DNA of 50,671 nucleotides. Source: an uncultured Candidatus Saccharibacteria bacterium. GTDB taxonomy: Bacteria; Patescibacteriota; Minisyncoccia; JBAYJV01. The stretch lies in NCBI GenBank assembly GCA_964398685.1, contig CAYNNF010000003.1, forward strand, positions 11,184 through 61,854, written 5' to 3'. The notes beneath the pieces were generated by a model. The model ran no database searches. It was not told the origin of the DNA and saw only the letters and a list, made by a program, of their open reading frames with translations. The position numbers were made by a program, and so were the translations under genes. Shown piece by piece: positions 26,912 to 36,074 of this stretch (positions within the stretch are counted from its first letter, which is position 1; every line of letters begins with the position of its first letter).

Positions 26912-27456
26912 AAATCTATCTCCTAAGGCATACGGAAGCGTATAATCCTAATAATATTGATTATTATCAAACTGATTTAGAATTATCTGAGAAAGGCAAA
27001 AAACAGGCCAAAGAATTAGTTAAAAAATTAAAAAAATATCATTACGATGTTATTTTTTCCAGTCCGATGAAAAGGGCTCGCCAAACTATCGCCCCCTTCC
27101 TAAAAACTCTTGAAAATCCCAAGGTTGTGTACGAAAGCTTGATTATTGAAAGGCATACCGGTGAATTTAATGGGAAATATCCTAAAAGATTTTTTCTAAA
27201 TTATTGTTTAAAAAATAATTTGGATAGGATAAGTTTTCGCCCCAAAGATGGCGAATCCCTTCTTGATGTTACGAAACGAGCAAAAGAATTTCTTAAATTT
27301 ATTGAAAAAAATTATAAAGATAAGTCAGTTTTAGTTGTCAGTCATGGCAATGTTCTAAGGTGCTTAGAAGGTCTAATTAAAAAAATAGATCCAGCTGATT
27401 TTTACCAAAAACTCACTCTTTTCGGCTTAGGAGAATTAAAAAAATATGTATCCTGA
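26908..27456 (+). CDS. Histidine phosphatase family protein (phosphoglycerate mutase-like)
   Basis: IYLLRHTEA (RH catalytic motif) and VVSHGNVLR. Confidence 0.85.
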   Translation: MKIYLLRHTEAYNPNNIDYYQTDLELSEKGKKQAKELVKKLKKYHYDVIFSSPMKRARQTIAPFLKTLENPKVVYESLIIERHTGEFNGKYPKRFFLNYCLKNNLDRISFRPKDGESLLDVTKRAKEFLKFIEKNYKDKSVLVVSHGNVLRCLEGLIKKIDPADFYQKLTLFGLGELKKYVS

Positions 27457-28069
27457 ATTAATAAAAAAACTTATTAAATCCTTGGGTGATCTCCCGGGAT
27501 TAAGCGAGCGGGCTGCCACAAGGTATGTTTTCTATTTTTTAAAAAAATCCGCTAAAGATATTGAAGATTTGGCTCATAATCTTATTCGTTTAAAAAAAGA
27601 CATTATTTTATGTTCTCGTTGCTATAATATCGCTCAAAGAACAGAAGACAATAAGGAGGCACTCTGTGTAATTTGTCAAGATAAAAAACGGATTGAAGGA
27701 AAAATTTGTTTAGTTGAGAAAATTTCTGACATTGAAAGAATTGAAAGTATCCGTTTTTATAACGGCGTTTATCATGTTTTGGGAGGACTATTAAATCCTA
27801 TTAAAGGCATTACGCCTCAAAAACTTACTTTTAATCGTCTAATTAATCGCTTAAAGAAATTTAAAGAGAATAACGAAAGCCCGGAATTGATTATTGCCTT
27901 GAATCCGACAAGAGAAGGCGACTTAACCGTTAATTATTTAAAAAAACTAGCAACGCCGCTTAAAATAAAAATAACCCGCTTAGCGCGGGGCATTCCAACG
28001 GGCGGAGAAATACAGTACGCCGACGAAGACACTCTTAAAGAATCCTTTTCTCAGAGAAAAAAGCTTTAA
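27446..28069 (+). CDS. recR: Recombination protein RecR
   Basis: HhH N-terminus (LPGLSERAATRYVFY), C4 zinc finger CSRCYN...CVICQD, Toprim domain. Confidence 0.93.
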   Translation: MYPELIKKLIKSLGDLPGLSERAATRYVFYFLKKSAKDIEDLAHNLIRLKKDIILCSRCYNIAQRTEDNKEALCVICQDKKRIEGKICLVEKISDIERIESIRFYNGVYHVLGGLLNPIKGITPQKLTFNRLINRLKKFKENNESPELIIALNPTREGDLTVNYLKKLATPLKIKITRLARGIPTGGEIQYADEDTLKESFSQRKKL

Positions 28070-28125
28070 CAACACTCTGTAAGAATCCTTGAGGAAATCC
28101 TTGAGGATTTTATAAAAAAATTTAC

Positions 28126-28641
28126 TCAAAAAATCGCGGTTTCAGGAGAAAACATAAAGTTCAGAACAAAAAAAAGCGTTATATAAATTATCCCTAAAAA
28201 TACTAATAAGGTTAATTCTTTTCGAGCTTTCTTTGCCGTAGAAATATTAAACAATCTGTCAACGGTTTTTAAAAATAGGATGGCTAAAAATGGTAGCACG
28301 GGAATAAATAAAATATTAAAAGGGACAAAAACAGCCACCATCAATAAATATAAAACTAAGAAAAAAACAGTAAGTATTATTGCTATTTTTATTAGAACTT
28401 TTAGTGTCAATTTAGTTTTATCATTATTTTTTTGCCACTCTCTGCGCAAATATAATATTGTGAAACAAATACTTAATAAATCAATCGCTATAACGGAACA
28501 ATATCTATCTACTGAATAGAAAATAATAATATTGCTAATAATAATTAATGTCCAAACAAAAACAATAATCCATAATGAATTATTGTTTTTAGATTTCTTG
28601 TCTTTTTCTTCTAAATTATTGTTAAAAAAAGATTCGTTCAT
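28126..28641 (-). CDS. Hypothetical multi-pass membrane protein
   Basis: Four to five hydrophobic helices. No motif recognised. Confidence 0.5.
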   Translation of the reverse strand: MNESFFNNNLEEKDKKSKNNNSLWIIVFVWTLIIISNIIIFYSVDRYCSVIAIDLLSICFTILYLRREWQKNNDKTKLTLKVLIKIAIILTVFFLVLYLLMVAVFVPFNILFIPVLPFLAILFLKTVDRLFNISTAKKARKELTLLVFLGIIYITLFFVLNFMFSPETAIF

Positions 28642-28696
28642 AGTATGTTTTCTGCTTCTTATTTTTCTGAATTCATTATATTATTAACCGCCCTTT

Positions 28697-29140
28697 TTAC
28701 CTTCTAATTTCCGACTTTTCCAAAAACTTCAAAATATAATCACAATATTGATGATAATCTTTCAAGCAATCCTTTATAGAAGAATAAATTTGGCTATAAT
28801 CAATCTTATCGTATTCATGAACTAAAATATTCCTTGTGCCAACGCTTTTAGAAATACTCTTTCCAAAATCCTCTGAATAAACCTTCAGTTCTATCAATCT
28901 CAAAAATGTTTCTTTATAGTCCTTAGGCGATTCTATTTCCTTCCTAAACAACTCGACAACTAAATGCTGATTAATATCTATGGCTCTAATTATAATCTTT
29001 TCTAAAATTCTTTCTAATGCATTCTGCTTCAAAAAATCGCTCACAATTTCTTGAAAAGAATATTGAGATAATTTTTTCAAATCAATCAATTCTTTTTGAA
29101 TAAGCTCTATTTTTCTTTTTATAAATTTTTTATTGACCAT
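28697..29140 (-). CDS. hepT: HepT-like HEPN (DUF86) toxin
   Basis: GTRNILVHEYDKIDY contains the R-x4-H-x-Y HEPN motif. It overlaps the upstream MNT gene by 11 nt. Confidence 0.8.
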   Translation of the reverse strand: MVNKKFIKRKIELIQKELIDLKKLSQYSFQEIVSDFLKQNALERILEKIIIRAIDINQHLVVELFRKEIESPKDYKETFLRLIELKVYSEDFGKSISKSVGTRNILVHEYDKIDYSQIYSSIKDCLKDYHQYCDYILKFLEKSEIRR

Positions 29141-29546
29141 AGATGCTCTGCTCCAATAACTTATGTCTCTTTTTTACTAAAATATCTTCTAAGTCAAAAA
29201 GTCGCTGACTGTCAATATGTGTCCTAAAGGCAAGCGCCTTAAACTCTAGATAATCCAACTCATTGCCATAAAGTAATCTACTATTTATTGCAATTTCATA
29301 TCGCAATAAAGGATTAACATTTTCTAAATTAACCATATCTATTCTGTCAGAATGAAAAATATCCATTAAATCACAATTTAGATCTATTTGTTCCTTACCA
29401 TTTAATTCTCTTTTGGTCAAATAAGCAATGTCAAAATCACTCTCTTGGTGAAGATTTTTTTTATTGACTTGAGAACCAAAAAGTAAAAGTAATTTCAAAC
29501 TATACTTTTTAGCAATCTTGTTCAGTTGTTTTTTTTCTTTTTCCAT
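29130..29546 (-). CDS. mntA: MNT-type minimal nucleotidyltransferase antitoxin
   Basis: LLLFGSQV...ESDFDIAYL (GS...DxD NTase motif). Paired with the HEPN gene. Confidence 0.8.
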   Translation of the reverse strand: MEKEKKQLNKIAKKYSLKLLLLFGSQVNKKNLHQESDFDIAYLTKRELNGKEQIDLNCDLMDIFHSDRIDMVNLENVNPLLRYEIAINSRLLYGNELDYLEFKALAFRTHIDSQRLFDLEDILVKKRHKLLEQSIYGQ

Positions 29547-29560
29547 AATACTTAATTTTC

Positions 29561-30028
29561 TTACTCAAAAAATCCGTCTTTTTTGTCCTCTGATTTCTTT
29601 TCTTCTTTTTTATCTTTGACAATTTGAGTTTTTGTTTTTACATCCTTTTTTTCTTCTGGCTTTATTGGTTCTTTTTTAGTAATAGGTTTTGTTGCTTTTG
29701 TAGTTTCTAATTTTTCATCGCCAATTCTTATAATTTGAATTAAAGTATAGGGCTGGCGATGACCTTTTTTAACTTTATAGCGCTTCTTGGGTTTATATTT
29801 AAAAATGATAACTTTTTTATGTTTATCTTGTTGAATGACTCTTCCTTCAACTTTAGTTTTCAGGTTGGGGGCGCCAATATTAGTTTTTCCCGAATCTTCG
29901 TCAAAAACTAAAAATACATTTTCAAAATCAATTATTTCACCTGCTTCCTTTTCAATTTTTTCTATTTTTATTTCTTGACCTAAGGAAACTATATATTGTT
30001 TTCCGCCTGTTTTTATAACTGCTTTCAT
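29561..30028 (-). CDS. rplU: 50S ribosomal protein L21 with K/E-rich C-terminal extension
   Basis: MKAVIKTGGKQYIV...FKYKPKKRYKVKKGHRQPYT is L21-like. About 50 extra aa form a K/E tail. Confidence 0.92.
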   Translation of the reverse strand: MKAVIKTGGKQYIVSLGQEIKIEKIEKEAGEIIDFENVFLVFDEDSGKTNIGAPNLKTKVEGRVIQQDKHKKVIIFKYKPKKRYKVKKGHRQPYTLIQIIRIGDEKLETTKATKPITKKEPIKPEEKKDVKTKTQIVKDKKEEKKSEDKKDGFFE

Positions 30029-30102
30029 TGGAATAAGTTAAGAATAATGAATTAAGAATTTAGTCAATTAAAAATCTATTGTATATTAATAGGTTTCTTG
30101 TG

Positions 30103-31803
30103 TCAATTGTCTTGCCTATTCTTGATTATGTCTTGAAGAGCGCTTCTTAGCGCTTGTCTGTCTGGTTCTGGCTTTTTAGATTCAATTTTCTCCACTTTCA
30201 TTGGCTCTTGATCTTTTTGCTCTTCTGTTTGTTCCTTTTTAGGTTCTTGCGAGAAAACTTCTTTTGGTTTTTCATTTTCTTCTTTCTCTAAGGAAACTCT
30301 TTTCTGTTTTATATCAGACATTTCCTGAGAAGGCGGTTTATTAATTTCTTTTGTTCGTGGCACTGGCGAAAGTTCACCATTTTTAATTTTCTCTAAACAA
30401 TCATTGCAATAAACTGGCCGTCTTCCGTCAGGTTTAAAAGGTAATTTTGTTTTTTCTCCGCAGTGCGCGCAGACAGCGTCAAAAAGTTCTCTTTTTCTCT
30501 GAATGGCTTCTGCTTCAATCGTTTCCTTGCCAAAACCGCTCCATTTAGCAATTCTTTGTTCTACTTCTTCTTTTGATGAAGCATACCGTTCTCGCGAGAG
30601 ACTAATAACTTTCTCGCGATAAGATTTCTCTTGCTTAGAATAGGGAGGAAGCGTAGTCGCGGAAAAAGGACGGGACGCCATGCCATCAATCATAAGTTTC
30701 AAGTAAATGTCAAATCTAGATAAATTAACTAAATCGCTAGCCGTAAATTCGGGCATAAATTCCTTCTCCAAAAACTCCGCGTCTTCAGCGCCTACTCTGA
30801 AAGATACTAATGTTCCGACATTGCCAAAAACAGCATCGCGAACTGGTTCTTCAAGCTGAGTAATATATTGATGAGCTAAAATAATATTTAAACGATATTT
30901 ACGAGCCTCAGAAAGAATGTTTGCAAAGGATTCAGTGGCAAAATTCTGAAATTCATCTACATATAAATAAAAATCTCTTCTTTTTTCTTCAGGAATATCA
31001 ATCCTGCTCATTGCCGCCAATTGCAATCTGGTTATCATCATTGCTCCCAAAAGAGCTGAATTATCTTCGCCAATTCTTCCCTTAGAAAGATTCATAATTA
31101 AAATCTTTCCTGTATTCATCACTTCCTTAATGTCAATTTTAGACTTGGTTTGTCCAACTATGTTTCTAATCAGAGGACTGGTTAAAAATTGTCCTACCTT
31201 ATTTTGTATTGGAGAAACAGCTTCAGCTAAAAATCTATCTGGATACTTAGCAAATTCTTCTACCCAAAAACTTTTAACGACAGGGTCTTTAATTTTTTCA
31301 ATAATTTTTTTTCGATAGGCTTTATCTGTCAACATTCTCATAATTCCCAGAAGCGTACTGTCCTGGCATTCTAAAAGAGACAAAATAGTATTGCGCAGCA
31401 AATATTCAAGTCTCGGTCCCCAGGAATCTGCCCATATTTTCTTAAAAACACCAATTAATCCTGAAGCAACAAGATGTCTTTGCTCGGGAGAAACTTTTTC
31501 AATCGCATTGAGCGCGATAGGAAATTCTAAATCACTTGGATTAAAATAAATAACATCATTAATTCTAGATTTGGGAATAAAATCAAGCATTTTATCGGCA
31601 AATTCTCCGTGAGGATCCACAATTGCCATGCCATTTCCTTCTCTAATGTCCGCTATTGCCATATTTTCTAAAAGCGTTGTTTTCCCGACGCCAGTTTTTC
31701 CAATAACATAAAGGTGCCGGCGGCGATCATCGGTTTTAATGCCAAATTTATGGCGCTGATTCCTAAAATTGGTTTCAGCAAATAAATTTATTTGATCAAT
31801 CAT
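30103..31803 (-). CDS. Soluble TraD/VirD4/HerA-like P-loop ATPase with C-terminal CxxC-x17-CxxC zinc ribbon
   Basis: Walker A GKTGVGKTT, Walker B FYLYVDEFQNF, ILAHQY. CAHCGEKTKLPFKPDGRRPVYCNDC, then a K/E/Q-rich tail. No TM helix. Confidence 0.7.
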   Translation of the reverse strand: MIDQINLFAETNFRNQRHKFGIKTDDRRRHLYVIGKTGVGKTTLLENMAIADIREGNGMAIVDPHGEFADKMLDFIPKSRINDVIYFNPSDLEFPIALNAIEKVSPEQRHLVASGLIGVFKKIWADSWGPRLEYLLRNTILSLLECQDSTLLGIMRMLTDKAYRKKIIEKIKDPVVKSFWVEEFAKYPDRFLAEAVSPIQNKVGQFLTSPLIRNIVGQTKSKIDIKEVMNTGKILIMNLSKGRIGEDNSALLGAMMITRLQLAAMSRIDIPEEKRRDFYLYVDEFQNFATESFANILSEARKYRLNIILAHQYITQLEEPVRDAVFGNVGTLVSFRVGAEDAEFLEKEFMPEFTASDLVNLSRFDIYLKLMIDGMASRPFSATTLPPYSKQEKSYREKVISLSRERYASSKEEVEQRIAKWSGFGKETIEAEAIQRKRELFDAVCAHCGEKTKLPFKPDGRRPVYCNDCLEKIKNGELSPVPRTKEINKPPSQEMSDIKQKRVSLEKEENEKPKEVFSQEPKKEQTEEQKDQEPMKVEKIESKKPEPDRQALRSALQDIIKNRQDN

Positions 31804-31847
31804 TATAATGTCGTAATTAATAATTATTAATTATTTCAACAATTATT

Positions 31848-33299
31848 TTATTCAACGGGCAACCTTGCCGGCGGACCGCCGCGCTTGGCTTCAACCTTAG
31901 GCAGTTCAGGCGTAAGCACAGATTTCATTGGAAAGTGAAAAATAGTGGCCAATTCTTCCGTATTGAAAATAAATCCCTTATGTCCTCTCATCGGCCTGCC
32001 AAACGCTCGAGTTTTGCAAGCTTTATAAATTTCTCTCATTCGCAATTTTTGAAGCTTTGCTCGAGTATAAGGAATTTCTTTGTGTTTCCAAAATAAGTTA
32101 TAATTTGTTTCCCAATTTTTCAATAAATCTGGCTTGCGCACAGTATAGCTTAGTTTAGGATTGCTTTTAAAACCATTGAGCGTCTTATCATTAAACTGTA
32201 AAAATGAACCAATCAGGGTCATTGCTTTTGAAGTATTAAAAATCTCATTAGGGGCGAAATAGACAAGGCGAAGCATCGTATAAAATCCAAGTTTTGAAAT
32301 ATTTTTCTCAATTGCTAAGCATAATTCTCTTTCCCCCGGCGAAAGCCGAAAAAACCCTGATTCTGCCATAGAGGATTGTTTCTTTTCCTCTTCTTCAAAC
32401 GGTGTTTCCTCTGGCATAACATATTCCCCTCCAGCAACGAGATGACTCACTCTAGTTGTTATATGAGGTTCAAAACTTATAATTTCATGAATTAAGCGCC
32501 TTAATAATCCCATCGTTTTTGGCTTTTCTGTTTCCCGTCCCATAATTTTATCAACAATTTCTTGGCCATCCTCGTGCCAATTAGAAAACATAGGAATACC
32601 AATAACACAATGCGCCCACATCTGTTCTCCTTCACTGATTGCGCTCATTGCTTCCATCACAACAGCAAAGGGATCAACAACATATTCAGCTTCTCTACCG
32701 GCCTTTAACTCAAATTGTTGATAGGTTCTAATAGGATAGGGATCAGGTTTTTCTAAAATCAGCTCAGCGGCAGCCAACTGATAATCATCATTGGGCAATT
32801 TTTTTGGAGCATCTTGAGTATAATCTTCTACTTCCTGAATTTCTACTTCAGGAAATTGAGCGTAAATTAACGCTTCCATTGTGGTGCGGTATTTTCTTTC
32901 TCCTCTTATAAAAAAATGGATTTTCCCTCCGATGCTCGCTAATTCCAGACTGTAAGCTGTTTCAAGATAGCCCTTGACTTCAACTTCATATTTAGTCACT
33001 CCCTTAGCGGTTCCATGAAGTCCGGCAAAAATTTGTTCCATTCCCAAGGGAGTTTTTTCCAACGCTTGAGGAATTTTTATTTCTAAGATACAGGACTCCT
33101 GTTCTGATAAAAAAAGATCCTCCCAATAATCATGAAAACGTTTACGCAGCTTTTTATTAATTTTAAAAACTTTGAAAAATAAAAACAGCCCAACAGCAAC
33201 ATAAAGCAACCAAAAGTAAGGCTGTATATTGACCTTCAGATCGACGAACCAAGATAAAACTTGTCTTAGAATATCCATAAACAATCTTGTTTCATTCAC
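31848..33299 (-). CDS. Hypothetical membrane-anchored protein (putative partner of the ATPase)
   Basis: Single N-terminal TM (FWLLYVAVGLFLFFKVF) and a large soluble domain. A 44-nt gap separates it from the ATPase gene. No motif recognised. Confidence 0.5.
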   Translation of the reverse strand: MNETRLFMDILRQVLSWFVDLKVNIQPYFWLLYVAVGLFLFFKVFKINKKLRKRFHDYWEDLFLSEQESCILEIKIPQALEKTPLGMEQIFAGLHGTAKGVTKYEVEVKGYLETAYSLELASIGGKIHFFIRGERKYRTTMEALIYAQFPEVEIQEVEDYTQDAPKKLPNDDYQLAAAELILEKPDPYPIRTYQQFELKAGREAEYVVDPFAVVMEAMSAISEGEQMWAHCVIGIPMFSNWHEDGQEIVDKIMGRETEKPKTMGLLRRLIHEIISFEPHITTRVSHLVAGGEYVMPEETPFEEEEKKQSSMAESGFFRLSPGERELCLAIEKNISKLGFYTMLRLVYFAPNEIFNTSKAMTLIGSFLQFNDKTLNGFKSNPKLSYTVRKPDLLKNWETNYNLFWKHKEIPYTRAKLQKLRMREIYKACKTRAFGRPMRGHKGFIFNTEELATIFHFPMKSVLTPELPKVEAKRGGPPARLPVE

Positions 33300-33339
33300 A
33301 ACTTTAAGGCCTTGCTAAATCTTAATCTGAATTAAAAAT

Positions 33340-34392
33340 CTAGCTTTTTTTTAATATGTAATGACCAGGGCTTTTTTCTACAAATTCGGGATTGCTTTTC
33401 AGGTTAAAGCGAACAGTGCTTTCTTTGACGAAACGCTTTTTAAGAAGCAATTCAATTAGCTTGCTTTCTGGGAAAGTCTTATCTTTGTTTTTCTTGAAAA
33501 TATTTATCAAAACTTCTTTTACTGTTCCCCTTTCATATCCCCACTCTATCAGAGCATAAAGCCCGCGCCCCACAAGAACAAATCTTTTATCCTTAATAAG
33601 CTCGTTGTGGACTGTCTGGGGCTTGGCAATGTGCTTTGAAAAATTAGCTTTGTTTATCTCATCAGCAATCGCTCTGAAATGGAGAGGCTTGCCCAGTTTT
33701 TTCACTACTAAGTAAGCTTTATCTTTAACACCTCGGGGATTAATTTCTGGCCATTCACTTAAACCCAAATCGCCAAAAATGTTGCAATCAATCGCTCTTG
33801 AGCTGTCAATATAAGAACTAATGGCTTGGCGAGAGAAGAAAGGAAATGACTTCTTAAGCTTTGCTATAACATATTTTTCCTGAAAAGGAGTTTTAGATTT
33901 CTTAAAAATTTTAATAACTTCGCCAATTAAAGAACGCGCCTGGTCTAAGGCCTTTTTCTGAGTATACCATAAAGTATAAAATTTTGCATTTTCTTTTGCT
34001 CTTTGAATGTTCTTATCCAATCTAAGGAGCAAAAGAGAGAATCCTTTTAATTTAATCTTATCGGCTTCAGGATCAATATATTCTATAAAATCTTCCAATA
34101 GTACATTTTCTTTCACTAACCCACCTCGTTCAGAAATAAATAATTCTAAGTCATCAAAAAGAGGCCTGAGAACAGAAATATTTTCTTCCGTTTTAAGATG
34201 TTTTAATCCTTCGTTTTGGATTTGGCGAACTCGCTCTCGAGTTATGCCATAAGTATGACCAATGGATTCAAGGGTTTCTTTTCTCTTTTTGCCAACGCCA
34301 AAACGGCGGATGATAACATCCTGCGTTCTTTTTGACAGTCCTTGAATAAGTTTTCTTTTCACCTCCTTAATTTGAATTCCAGAGTTAGACAT
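33340..34392 (-). CDS. Sigma-70 region 4 HTH + C-terminal HARE-HTH domain protein
   Basis: The N-terminus (IIRRFGVGKKRKETLESIGHTYGITRERVRQIQNEGLKHLK) is sigma region 4-like. The C-terminus (LHFRAIADEI...VHNELIKDKRFVLVGRGLYALIEW) is HARE-HTH-like, as in RNAP delta. No sigma region 2 is present. Confidence 0.65.
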   Translation of the reverse strand: MSNSGIQIKEVKRKLIQGLSKRTQDVIIRRFGVGKKRKETLESIGHTYGITRERVRQIQNEGLKHLKTEENISVLRPLFDDLELFISERGGLVKENVLLEDFIEYIDPEADKIKLKGFSLLLLRLDKNIQRAKENAKFYTLWYTQKKALDQARSLIGEVIKIFKKSKTPFQEKYVIAKLKKSFPFFSRQAISSYIDSSRAIDCNIFGDLGLSEWPEINPRGVKDKAYLVVKKLGKPLHFRAIADEINKANFSKHIAKPQTVHNELIKDKRFVLVGRGLYALIEWGYERGTVKEVLINIFKKNKDKTFPESKLIELLLKKRFVKESTVRFNLKSNPEFVEKSPGHYILKKS

Positions 34393-34633
34393 ATTGATTT
34401 TGTTTCACAAATTTAAATAAATGTAAATAGAGCAAGTCTCTTTAAAGGTATCCTATCACGACCATATAAACTTGTCAACATCTATTCACAGAATACTATA
34501 TAATAATTTTTTGTCAAGAAAATTCCGCATCTGGATCGCAGGATTAATATGATCAGCTCCAATAAATAAAAAATTTAAAAGCGGACAAATGTTATTGCCC
34601 GCTAAAAATCCCCTTCTTTGTTGATAAAGATTC

Positions 34634-34855
34634 TTACTTTTTTCTTTGAACAGAATATCTTTGGTGCGCCCCGATTGCTGTGGCTGCATTAATGCCCGCC
34701 ATAACAAATCCAAGCAAAACAATTAGCCCAAAAAATAGTCCTAATGATATGCCCAGTCCCCATTGCCAACTAATAAAGAGACCAAACAGAAACCCAATTG
34801 CTGATATGACTATGAAGATTAAAAACCAATTTCTGATTATCTCTCTTTTCCTCAT
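34634..34855 (-). CDS. Small 73-aa two-TM membrane protein
   Basis: AAGGAGG-like SD (gaaaggaggaaaaATG) and two hydrophobic helices. Followed by the hairpin agcgg/ccgct plus a T-run. Confidence 0.5.
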   Translation of the reverse strand: MRKREIIRNWFLIFIVISAIGFLFGLFISWQWGLGISLGLFFGLIVLLGFVMAGINAATAIGAHQRYSVQRKK

Positions 34856-34965
34856 TTTTCCTCCTTTCTTAGATTATTTTGATGAGCCCTGCCCGCCAAG
34901 ATCAAGCGCTATATTTTGTGTACTAATTCATATATAACAAATATTTTTATAAATGTCAATAAGCA

Positions 34966-35079
34966 TTACCAGCTTCCGCCACCACCACCGCCAAAACCGC
35001 CACCCGAAAATCCTCCTCCACCAAAGCCACTCTTTTCGCCAGCAAAAAAAGCTGATAAATGAGAAATAATAGAAAAGGT
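34966..35079 (-). pseudogene. Start-less remnant encoding a Gly-rich C-terminus (...GFGGGGFSGGGFGGGGGGSW*)
   Basis: A 37-codon open frame runs between an in-frame TAG (35080-35082) and TAA (34966-34968), with no ATG/GTG/TTG. The tail resembles C-termini of TPM-domain (YgcG-like) proteins. Confidence 0.3.
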
Positions 35080-35110
35080 CTATCGTGAATTCACGACAGA
35101 CCCTTTTTTG
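35073..35110. terminator. Bidirectional terminator hairpin downstream of secF
   Basis: ggtct-a-tcgtgaattcacga-c-agacc (35077-35102), flanked by aaaa upstream and cttttttg downstream. Confidence 0.55.
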
Positions 35111-35189
35111 TCTTTGCTATCCGCCAAGCGGGAAAAAAGAACTTATCTCTATTATATTAAATTTCAAAAACAATTACAAGAATCAATCA

Positions 35190-36074
35190 TTATTTTCTGT
35201 GTTTCCAGTTTTCCCAAACCACTAAAAGGGGACTGGCAATAAACAATGAGGAATAGGTGCCAAAGAATATTCCTGCAATTAAAGCCATAATAAAATCACG
35301 AATTGTTTCGCCTCCAAAAAAGAAGATTGATATTAAAACAGCTAATGTTGTTAAAGATGTATTGATTGAACGAACATAGCTTTGTTTAACGCTATGTTGA
35401 ATGATATCTTCAAAGTGTTCTTTATGGGCTTTAATTAAATTTTCTCTAATGCGGTCAAAAATAACAATTGTATCGTTAACCGAATAGCCTAAAATCGTCA
35501 TCAAGGCGGCAACAAAAGGCACGCCTACTTCAATATGGGCAAAATGACCAAGGATAGAAAAAAGACCAAGAACGATAATAATGTCATGAAACAAGGCAAT
35601 AACGGCGATTAAACCATATTTCCAGGAAGCGATCGGCCAAGAAACCTTGCGAAATGCCCAGCCAATATAAGAAATAATCGCTAACAAGCTTAGAATAATG
35701 GCCCAAAATGTTCGTCTCTTTAATTCTTCCCCAATAACTGGACCAACCGCGTCAAAACGTTTCTCTTCTAAATTCTTATCTAATGTATAAAGCTTAGCAA
35801 TAACTTGATTATGAACTGTTTCTTCTATTTCCTGAAAACGCAAAATATACGAATCTTCACCAGATGGCTGAACTATCAAGCTATTCAGCCTTTCTTCCTT
35901 GAGGGCTTCTTTTATTTTAGTAATCGCGGGACGCTCTTGAGAAAACTTAATTTCAAGCAAGCTTCCACCGGTAAAATCAATGCCGAAATTAAGGCCCCAA
36001 AAAGAAAGACTGACTACGCTTATTAAAAGCAATGTGCCTGAAAAAATAAAAAAGATTTTTCTTTTTTTAATCAT
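35190..36074 (-). CDS. secF: Protein translocase subunit SecF
   Basis: GIDFTGGS, six TM helices, VNDTIVIFDRIRE. Confidence 0.93.
   Translation of the reverse strand: MIKKRKIFFIFSGTLLLISVVSLSFWGLNFGIDFTGGSLLEIKFSQERPAITKIKEALKEERLNSLIVQPSGEDSYILRFQEIEETVHNQVIAKLYTLDKNLEEKRFDAVGPVIGEELKRRTFWAIILSLLAIISYIGWAFRKVSWPIASWKYGLIAVIALFHDIIIVLGLFSILGHFAHIEVGVPFVAALMTILGYSVNDTIVIFDRIRENLIKAHKEHFEDIIQHSVKQSYVRSINTSLTTLAVLISIFFFGGETIRDFIMALIAGIFFGTYSSLFIASPLLVVWENWKHRK

Noticed and set aside
34486-34937. 78-aa (34486-34722, minus) and 85-aa (34680-34937, plus) ORFs
   Set aside because: They overlap the SD-preceded 73-aa membrane protein gene and its terminator or promoter regions, and have no start context of their own.
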